Assembly: GCA_963837215.1 (NCBI GenBank)
Contig: CAWIML010000006.1
Coordinates: 2,271 to 66,270, forward strand
DNA from: an uncultured Chloroflexia bacterium
Lineage (GTDB): Bacteria; Chloroflexota; Limnocylindria; Limnocylindrales; CSP1-4
Length of the DNA: 64,000 bases
Direction: 5' to 3'
Of this stretch, positions 32,637 through 41,700 are shown one piece after another (the stretch's first letter is position 1; every line of letters starts with the position of its first letter). Below the pieces are notes generated by a model, which was given only the letters and a program-made list of their open reading frames with translations, had not been told where the DNA came from and searched no databases. A program made the position numbers and the translations under genes.

Positions 32637-34340
32637 ATGCCACGTACGCGTCGTCGCACGGCCGCCGATCTGCTCGTCGAGGGCCTCGAGGCCGAGGGCT
32701 GCGACTGGGTCTTCTCCGTGCCCGGTGAGGAGACCATGGACATCCTCGACGCCCTCAGCCGCAGTGAGCGAGTCCGTCACGTGACCACGCGCCACGAGCA
32801 GGGCGCAGCCTTCATGGCCGACGTCCACGGCCGCCTGACCGGCCGGAGCGCAGTGGCCATGGCGACGCTCGGCCCGGGCGCGACGAACCTCATGACCGGC
32901 ATCGCAGACGCGTTCCTCGACCGCGCGCCGATGGTCGCCATCACCGGCCAGACCGGCTCTGACAAGCTGCACAAAGAAGCCCACCAGCTGGTCGACATCG
33001 TGGGCATGATCGCGCCGGTCACCAAGTGGAACACGCGGGTCGAGCGGGTCGAGGCCATCCCCGAGATCGTGCGCAAAGCGTTCCGGGTGGCGGCCCTCGA
33101 GAAGCCGGGTCCGACGCACATCGAGCTGCCCGAGAACCTGGCCGCCACGCCCGTGGCCGACGACGCCCGACCCCTGGTGCCCGGGCGGACCTACTTTCCC
33201 GGAGCCGACTGATGAGGCCATCGCGCACGCCGCCAAACTGCTGGCCGGGTCGCAGCGTCCCCTGATCCTGGCCGGCAATGGCGTCCTGCGTCGCGACGCC
33301 TCGGCCGAGCTGCGGGCGCTTGCGCGCGGCCTGCACGTGCCGGTGGCGGTCGACGTTCATGGGCAAGGGCGCCATCGACGACCGCAGCCACCTGTCGCTG
33401 ATGGCCGTCGGGCTGCAGGCTCGGGATCACGTGCTCTCGGGCTTCGACCGCGCGGACCTCGTCGTCTCCGTCGGCTACGACCTGGTCGAGTACGGCCCTC
33501 AACTATGGAACCCGGAGGGCACGAAGCGGATCCTCCACATCGACACCACGCCGGCCGAGGTCGATGCCGCCTATCGGCCCGAGATCGAGCTCATCGGCGA
33601 CATCGATGGCTCCTTGAGGCGGCTGCTCGAGGCCGTCCTGCCGCATGGGTATCGGCGGTCGCGATGCGACGCAGCGCCACGAGGCCAAGGAGATCCTCGT
33701 CAACGCCGACCTGCGGACCGCCCTGCTCGCCGAGCTCCAGGCCTATGCCGCTGATGACGGCTTCCCGATCCGGCCCCAGAAGGCGATCACCGCCCTGCGC
33801 GAGGTCCTCGACGCCCAGGACATCGTGGTCAGTGACGTGGGGGCCCACAAGGTCTGGGTGGCGCGCATGTATCAGGCGTACGAGCCGAACACGGTCATCA
33901 TCTCCAACGGCTTCGCGGCCATGGGCATCTCGTTGCCCGGCGCCATCGCCGCCAAGCTCGTCCATCCCGATCGGCGCGTCGTCGCCCTGTGCGGTGACGG
34001 CGGCTTCCTCATGAACTGCCAGGAGCTGGAGACGGCCAAGCGGATCGGGGCCAACGTGACCGTGGTGGTCTGGCGCGACGACGGCTACGGTCTCATCGAC
34101 TGGAAGCAGCGCAACGAGTTCGGGAAGCCCTTCGGGGTCGAGTTCGGGAATCCCGACTTCGTGGCCTTCGCCCAGAGCTTCGGCATCGCCGGCTTCCGGC
34201 CCGAGTCGGCCGCCGACCTCGTGCCGACCCTGCGACGGGCGCTGGAGGTCGATGGCCCGGCGCTGGTCGAGGTGCCCATCGACTACCGCGAGAACCTGCG
34301 GCTGACCGAGCGGCTGGGGGCACTCTCGGGCTCGATGTAG
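32637..34340 (+). CDS. Acetolactate synthase-like ThDP enzyme, second copy (AlsS-like; about three frame changes)
   Basis: Track ORFs 32637..33212 (HEQGAAFMADVHGR, GPGATNL), 33278..33754 (FMGKGAIDD..) and 33645..34340 (ISNGFAAMGISLPGAIAA, CGDGGFLMN) line up as one ~565 aa ThDP protein. Shifts lie near ~33210, ~33340 and ~33650. Confidence 0.8.
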
Positions 34341-34347
34341 CCTACGG

Positions 34348-34365
34348 TGCCGGTGCGCACCGGCA
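34348..34365 (+). terminator. Perfect 18-nt palindrome just after the ALS-like stop (possible terminator hairpin)
   Basis: The palindrome is TGCCGGTGCGCACCGGCA, 8 nt after the TAG. It is followed only by the weak ATTCGAA, with no clear U-tract. Confidence 0.3.
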
Positions 34366-34593
34366 ATTCGAACCCCTCCGTGCTCGCCATACGCAGGAAT
34401 GCGTAGTCCCCCATTGACCGAGTACTTCCGTACTGCTACAACCCTCGCCTCCGAACCGCCAAGCCACGTCGGCACGGCGGATTCTCTGAGGCCTAGGGCC
34501 GGCGACGTTTGCCGGCGCCGCCCCCTCGCAAGGCTCGGGACCTCGCGACGAACTGAATCGCCGCCCGAGTCACCGAGCCCTTCGACTCCCCTC

Positions 34594-34800
34594 GGATCCA
34601 CCCGCGGTCTCATCACCCATCCATTCCGGATGTGAGTGGGACGCCAGGAGGACCCAGGTGCCGGGTTCAACCCCCCGTGCCCTAGCTGTGGCCGTGGCAA
34701 CGCCGCCGTCTCTGCGCGCGACGATGCTTCTGCCTGCGCCTGGCCTCTCATCGCCCTCGCGGTTCCCGAGACCGGACGTGGGTCCCCGTGCATCTCGCGC
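34594..34800 (+). repeat. Intergenic repeat element, copy B (long form)
   Basis: GGATCCACCCGCGGTCTC (34594-34611) is an imperfect inverted repeat of GAGACCGGACGTGGGTCC (34768-34785). The ends and the core TCTCATCGCCCTCGCGGTTCCCGAGACCGGACGTGGGTCCCCGTGCATCTC match copy A. The interior is ~120 nt longer. Confidence 0.5.
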
Positions 34801-35072
34801 GGGGACGCCACGCCTCGTCCCGTGGAGGTCGCCTCGGGGTGGCGGTCTACCGGGAGGATCGAGCGATGAAGCCCCTGCAAGAGGCATCGCCGTTCATCGG
34901 AAGGATCGAGTCAGGAAGCCCTTGAGGGTCGACTGATCCTCGCCCAATCAAGCAAGCCTTCGGCTACGGCCGAAGAGGAGGGGACTTTGTTGAGCACCTT
35001 TGAATAGATCACTTTGACGACCACTGACGAGGATCTATCGAGCGGGCTAACAGCCCTCGACGGACAGCTCTG

Positions 35073-36715
35073 GTGGTCGGCATGCTAGCAGTGACCATCG
35101 GAGGAGCGGCGCCGCAAACTGCCGCTAGCAACGTCGCCGTCAACCTGGATCAGTGCCGCAATGGCGGCCTGTCAAATGATCCCGCAATCCAGCCGTCCAT
35201 CCAGTGCTCAGGCAACGGCAGCGGCAACTCCGGTTGGGTCAACGGGAACGCCGGCGCCGCGAACGCACACTACGCCGAGGGCTGAGTTGATCTCGTATCG
35301 GGCGCGGCTCACTGGTTTGACTGCTGGCGACCAAGTCACGCTCATCATGGGCTATGACGTCGTCCACGGCGGCCACATGGCGATCGACGACCCGACAGAC
35401 AAGAACCGCTGGCAGACGCCCGAGACGTCCAAGGCTGACACCCCCGACGAGCCATGCGATACCGTCTCGGACTGCGACGATCCCGACGATCTCCTTACGG
35501 CCCCGATCCCGGAGCCGATCACGAATTTCCAGGTCGACATCTCCAAGACATTGGCTAACGGCTGCCAGGTTACCGGCACAGGTGCTACGCAGCAGCCGAA
35601 GACGAGCTTCAACAACCTGCCCGCCGGGCAGCGGGAGACGGAGTTCTTCAACGCTGACCCCGCCGACACCAAGCCATCAATACCTCGCGCCGGCGCTGAG
35701 CCTCCTCGACAAGAACGGCGACCGGAGCTGCGACGCTCCGTCGAGTTCGAAGCTTTGACTTCGAACACGCCGCTGGCCGGCCGCGGCCACATCGCCAGCC
35801 GCCTCGACTGGGGCTGTGTCGGCGCCATCCGGTCGGCAGAGGGCATCAGCGGCCCGCCGTACCACAGCGCATCAAGAGCATCATCGTGATCGGAACACCG
35901 ACTGCCTCGGCACCAGACCGCTCACTCTGAGCCGCGCCGTCATCTTTGCCCCAGGGATCGACAACCTCGAATCCAGCGCGGCACGGTCGGTGTCGTTAAC
36001 GACGCCGCGACTTTGTCCGCGCGATGAATGCGAGCGGCACGATCACCTTCAAGCTCTGGCCTCCGTCGAACGCGACGTGTAGCCGACCGGCTGCTCCGGT
36101 CGGCATCCAGACCATGACGCTGCCCACAAACTCAACCAGTCCGGCTACATCACCACCACCGATGGGACCTGCCATGGACCGCGATCACTCGGCGACTGGC
36201 GCAAGGCGCCGGTCAGCTCACCCTGCCGATGAAGCGGTGACCTCACGAAGGTGACCCCGACGTTCGAACCACTCAGAGCCTCATCCCGACGACACGATCA
36301 CCTTCACCGACGCCACTCAACGACGACGGTAGTGTCGACTTCTACTTGCTCGCACCCACCGTCACGTGATCGCTGGCGAACAAGGCGAACGTGGTGCAGC
36401 ATGGAGGAGGACGTCGCTCTGGTGAGCAATACAAGCGCGACGACAAGCAACGACGGCCTGGTCGCCAATAGCGGCTATACCGCGACCACGCCTGGCACCT
36501 ATAAGTGGTTGGCCATCTATAGCGGCGACAACGCCAACAACGGCGTCACGTCGAACTGCGTCGAGGAGTTCACTATCGATAACTACAATACCGCCCACAT
36601 AGATAACGGGCCCTCGACCATATCGAGGCCGAGTGACCCGTCGACCGATCCGCGGGGGGCGGGCCGGACCATTGAGGAGGCGACGCGACCAAGGTACGCC
36701 TCGCCGTGCCGCTGA
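35073..36715 (+). pseudogene. Decayed gene for a secreted repeat/adhesin-like protein
   Basis: Fragments occur in several frames. These include 35073..35285 (signal-like MLAVTIGGAAPQTAAS, NLDQCRNGG..GWVNGNAGAANAHYAEG), 35161..35889 (LISYRARLTGLTAGDQVTLIMGYDVVHGG..) and 36024.. (GTITFKLWPPSNATC). A further fragment, 36251..36715 (GTYKWLAIYSGDNANNGVTSNCVEEFTI), resembles Ig/prealbumin-like repeat modules. The GC content looks lower than in the flanking sequence. Confidence 0.45.
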
Positions 36716-37552
36716 CGTCGGCTTCAAGTTTAGCAAGGCTCGCGTACGACTCGACGGCGACGGTGACCGAGCTTCGTCACGCCGAGCGTTGGACTGGATC
36801 GCCAGACCTTGCCGACCCGGCCTGCAATTCTGCATGCGGGGACGAGACGCCGATCGTGCGTGCCGACGGCGAATGGATGGCGGACGAAGCCATGCAACGG
36901 CCGCCGCCAGTCGTCGAACTAGGACGACTGCGCGCCCTGCACTCGGCGTGAAACCAGCCAACGGATCCCGAGTGTACCGCCGACTCGCAGTCCGGGCCGC
37001 AAGGACCGGCACGTCGCGCTATCGCGGCGGCCGATGCCGACCATGCTGAACGGGATCATCAGTGCGACGAGCCCGATGATCATGACCGCGGTCGCGAGCC
37101 AGTCTCGGGCGCGCGATCGTGGCTTGGAGGTGCTGCCGCGGACGCACGGTCCTGCGCTGCGACTCGAACGATTCCAAGGACATCGGGTTGCCGGAGGTAG
37201 ACCGTGGCTTTGCGACCCCGGCTCGCACCGGGTTTGCTCTCTTGGTCGGACCAGGCGACCGCCTGGCGCGACGGAAGGCGGACGGCGTCCGCGAGGTCCG
37301 TCAGCGTATCGGGCGGCCGCTCCACCGTCCAATGACGAGGTGGTACCCGGACACGGACGCGATGGTCAGGTGCGACACCGCACCGAACCGCTGCAGGCTT
37401 GCACCGGCCTCGGCCAGTGCGCCAGCGTCGCACGGGGAGCCGTCGCCCGTACCACCCCGGAAGGGACCATCGGGCGACGTCTTCGGTCGGCATCCGTGAT
37501 GTAGTGTCGCGGTGATGCGCCGCCCAGCGTCCGATCCAACGAACCACCGACG

Positions 37553-38575
37553 ATGACCCGATCTACCCTCGCGCGGTGGTCGGGCGTGGCCATCAGCGTC
37601 GTCGCCCTGTTCCTCGTCCTCCAGGGCATCGACCTTCGAGCGGCACTGGCCATCATGGGCGAGGCAGATCTTGTGCCGATCGCCTTTGCCGTCGGCATCG
37701 TCGGCGTCCAGGTCAGCCTGACGACGCATCGCTGGCGCATCCTCCTGCCGAGGCTGCCGGACGGCTCGATGGTCCCGTTCGGCCACGCCATCCGCTACCA
37801 GCTCGTGGGTTACCTGGGCAACTTCGTGCTGCCGGCTCGGATGGGCGAGCTCATCCGGTCCTATCTGGTCGCGCGCTACGAGGCGATGGCCTTCGCCCAG
37901 ACCATCGGCACCGCGGTCGTCGAGCGGATCATCGATACCGCCACGCTGGCCGTCATGGCCTTCGTGGTCGCGGTCGCCCTGGCCGCCCAGGACTGGGTCG
38001 TCCAGGTGACCGGGCTCGTGGCCGCGCTCTGCGTCGCCCTGTTGGTCATCCTCGCAACGATCGGCCCCGAGCCGGTCGTGCGCCTGCTGCACCGGGTCGT
38101 CGGCTCGCGGGGCGGTCGGCGCGTGGCGGGCCTTCTGACGCAGGTCGACCGCTTCATGCACGGCCTCTCTCCCGTACATCGGCGCGCCTCGTTCGCATGG
38201 GCCGTGGTCCTGAGCGTCATCGGCTGGCTGCTCGAAGCGACGATCTTCTGGTTGGTCGCACGCGCGATCGGCGTCAGCCTTTCGCCTCCCGAGGCGATCC
38301 TCATCGCGGGCGTGACCATCCTCGTCACGGCAGTCCCATCCGCGCCCGGCTATGTCGGGACCTACGAGCTGGCGGCAACGGCCGTCGCCACCAGCCTGGG
38401 CATCGACCCGGACACGGCGTTCGCCATGGCCGTCCTCGCCCACGCCACGACCTTGCTGCCGCTGGCCATCGGCGGTGCGATCTCCCTGGCCTCGCTCGGC
38501 GGCGGCCTTCGCGGCTACGCGGCCGGTGCGATCGAGCTCGAGCACGCCGAAGAGCGCGAGGCGGCATCCGGCTGA
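37553..38575 (+). CDS. Flippase-like / lysylphosphatidylglycerol-synthase-TM-region (UPF0104) family membrane protein
   Basis: Intact 340 aa polytopic ORF with RWRILLP and LVGYLGNFVLPARMGELIRSYL, typical of this family. Confidence 0.75.
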   Translation: MTRSTLARWSGVAISVVALFLVLQGIDLRAALAIMGEADLVPIAFAVGIVGVQVSLTTHRWRILLPRLPDGSMVPFGHAIRYQLVGYLGNFVLPARMGELIRSYLVARYEAMAFAQTIGTAVVERIIDTATLAVMAFVVAVALAAQDWVVQVTGLVAALCVALLVILATIGPEPVVRLLHRVVGSRGGRRVAGLLTQVDRFMHGLSPVHRRASFAWAVVLSVIGWLLEATIFWLVARAIGVSLSPPEAILIAGVTILVTAVPSAPGYVGTYELAATAVATSLGIDPDTAFAMAVLAHATTLLPLAIGGAISLASLGGGLRGYAAGAIELEHAEEREAASG

Positions 38576-38742
38576 AGCGCCAGGTCGCGAGGCGCCTCGA
38601 ACTGTGGTGCGCTGCACGCACCACTTGGGGACTTTGGGATGGTCGGGCGACGGTCCGGTGAGCTATGGTGAGGCGAACTCATCCCCCGGCGACGCTGCGC
38701 CCGCCCGCCGGGTCGTACTTCGCCACGGGAGGGCAGCGATCG

Positions 38743-41700
38743 ATGTACCAGGGTCCCCGCTCAGCGCCTGCGCGCTTGCTGGCGCTCGGAGCGACTCTGG
38801 CGCTCATCGCGTCGTTCCTTCCGCAGACAGCCGGAACGGCTAAGGCGATCCCGACCGGCTTCACCGAGACGACCGTCTTCTCGGGCCTGATCAACCCGAC
38901 GAAGGTCGTGTTCGCCAACGACGGACGCGTCTTCGTGGCCGAAAAGGCCGGCCTCATCAAGGTCTTCGACAGTCTCACGGACACGTCCGCCACCGTCGTC
39001 GCCGACCTTCGAACGAACGTCTACGACTACTGGGATCGCGGCCTCCTGGGCTTCACCCTGGCACCGAACTTCCCGACCGACCCTTACGCCTACGTCCTCT
39101 ACACCTACGACCACATCCTGGGCGACCAGAACCCTGCGCCACGTTGGAATGACTCGTGCGCCGATCCCCTCGGCGACGGCTGCCTCGCCAGCGGCAGACT
39201 CACGCGCTTCCAGGTCTCCGGCAACTCGATGGTCGGCTCCGAACAGCAGCTCATCGAGGACTGGTGCATCCAGTACCCCAGCCACGCGACTGGTGATCTC
39301 CGCTTCGGCACCGACGGCAAGCTCTACGTGAGCGCCGGCGACGGTGCGAGCTTCGGGTTCAATGACTACGGCCAGGATGGGAACCCGATCAATCCGTGCG
39401 GCGACCCGCCAGGCGGCTCGATGAGCCCGCCGACCGCCGAAGGAGGCAGCCTTCGCAGCCAGGACATCCGGACCAGCGGCGATCCACAGGGCTTCGACGG
39501 GACGATCCTCCGCCTCGAGGGGGCGACTGGCGCCGCGGCAGCCGGAAACCCGCTCATCGGCAACAGCGACGCCAATGTCAGGCGCATCATCGCCACCGGT
39601 TTCCGCAACCCGTTCAGGACGACGATCCGACCGGGCACCAACGAGCTCTGGGCCGGCGACGTCGGTCAGGGAGACTGGGAGGAGATCGACCGGGTCGATT
39701 GGTCAACGTCGCTGATCAATCATGGTTGGCCATGCTACGAAGGTGCGCCCAGGATGGGCGGCTTCGATGGGATCAACCTGAACATCTGCGAGAACCTCTA
39801 TGCGGCAGGACCGTCGGCGGTCGCCTCCCCATACCTCGCGTATCGGCACGGCCAGTCGGTAGCCGGCGAGAACTGCGCCAACGGGGGTTCTTCTATCTCC
39901 GGCCTCGCCTTTTACACGGCCAGCTCGTATCCATCGACGTATCAGGGCGCGCTCTTCTTCGCCGACTACAGCCGCGACTGCGTGTGGGTCATGTTCAAGG
40001 GCGCCAACGGCCTGCCAGACCCGACCAACGTCGTGCCGTTCCTGACTCCGGCGACGAACCCCGTCGACCTCGAGATCGGTCCCAACGGTGACCTCTTCTA
40101 CGTGGACTTCGGCACCACCGGCCCAACTGGCACCGTCCGCCGGATCACCTTCCAAGGCGGCAGCAACCAGGCACCCACCGCGCTGGCCACGGCCAACCCG
40201 ACGAGCGGCCCGGCGCCGCTGACCGTGGCCTTCAGCGGCACGGGCTCGTCCGATCCCAACGGCGACAGCCTGACCTACGCCTGGGACCTCGACGGCGACG
40301 GCGCCTACGACGACTCGACGAGCGCCACCCCGAGCTTCGTCTACCCCTTCGTGGGCAGCGTCGTGGTCGGCCTCCGGGTGACCGATCCCGGCGGCCTCTC
40401 GGACACCGACAGCGTGACCGTGACCGCGACCAGCGGTGGCGGCTCGCTCAGCTACCTGTCCGACCTGACGCCGACGACGGCGATCAACGGCTACGGGCCC
40501 TACGAGCGCGACACGAGCAACGGCGAGGACGCCGCCGGCGACGGCAACCCCATCCGCCTGGGCGCCACGACCTATCCCAAGGGCCTCGGCGTCCACGCCA
40601 CGTCGGACCTGCGCTACGCCGTCGCCACGAGCTGCACGAGCTTCGTCGCCGACATCGGCATCGACGAGGAGGCCGGCAGCCTGGGTTCGGTCATCTTCCA
40701 GGTCTACACGAACGGCACGTTGCGCTACACGAGCCCGGTCATGACCGGCGCCAGCGCCACCCAGAGCGTGAACCTCGCCATCACCGGCTCCACGGAGCTG
40801 CGCCTCGCGGTCCAGACCAACGGCTCGCCCGACTTCGACCACGCCGACTGGGCCAACGCGCGGATCACCTGCGGTGCCGGCAACCAGGCACCCACCGCGC
40901 TGGCCACGGCCAACCCGACGAGCGGCCCGGCGCCGCTGACCGTGGCCTTCAGCGGCACGGGCTCGTCCGATCCCAACGGCGACACCCTGACCTACGCCTG
41001 GGACCTCGACGGCGACGGCGCCTACGACGACTCGACGAGCGCCACCCCGAGCCGGACGTACACGAGCCGCCGGCTCGGTGACCGTCGGCCTCCGGGTGAC
41101 CGATCCCGGCGGCCTCATCGGACACCGACAGCGTGACCGTGACCGCGACCAGCGGTGGCGGCTCGCTCAGCTACCTGTCCGACCTGACGCCGACGACGGC
41201 GATCAACGGCTACGGGCCCTACGAGCGCGACACGAGCAACGGCGAGGACGCCGCCGGCGACGGCAACCCCATCCGCCTGGGCGCCACGACCTATCCCAAG
41301 GGCCTCGGCGTCCACGCCACGTCGGACCTGCGCTACGCCGTCGCCACGAGCTGCACGAGCTTCGTCGCCGACATCGGCATCGACGAGGAGGCCGGCAGCC
41401 TGGGTTCGGTCATCTTCCAGGTCTACACGAACGGCACGTTGCGCTACACGAGCCCGGTCATGACCGGCGCCAGCGCCACCCAGAGCGTGAACCTCGCCAT
41501 CACCGGCTCCACGGAGCTGCGCCTCGCGGTCCAGACCAACGGCTCGCCCGACTTCGACCACGCCGACTGGGCCAACGCGCGGATCACCTGCGGTGCCGGC
41601 AACCAGGCACCCACCGCGCTGGCCACGGCCAACCCGACGAGCGGCCCGGCGCCGCTGACCGTGGCCTTCAGCGGCACGGGCTCGTCCGATCCCAACGGCG

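Noticed and set aside
34355-34380. tRNA-like T-loop string (minus strand GGGGTTCGAATTGCC)
   Set aside because: The flanking bases do not form a T-stem. No acceptor, D or 7-nt anticodon loop arrangement can be drawn. The nearby hairpins have 4-6 nt loops. It is not a tRNA or a convincing tRNA fragment.
31407-34880. Minus-strand ORFs 31407..33278 (623 aa) and 33591..34880 (429 aa)
   Set aside because: They lie antisense to the cyclase-STAND remnant and the ALS-like gene and show no family resemblance. The second runs into non-coding DNA.
36919-37332. 137 aa minus-strand ORF with a C-terminal hydrophobic helix
   Set aside because: Most of it is Arg/Pro/Gly-rich. Only the helix region looks protein-like, and the upstream homology-like stretches are in other frames. 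It is reported as possible gene wreckage rather than as a CDS.
37301-38617. 438 aa minus-strand ORF, and similar ones at 39703..41118, 41115..42035, 48499..49524 and 60726..62225
   Set aside because: Each is the mirror of a plus-strand gene with clear homology (the flippase-like protein, the PQQ/NPCBM protein, the exosortase, and the membrane protein plus MoaDE). All have low-complexity Arg/Gly/Asp-rich translations.
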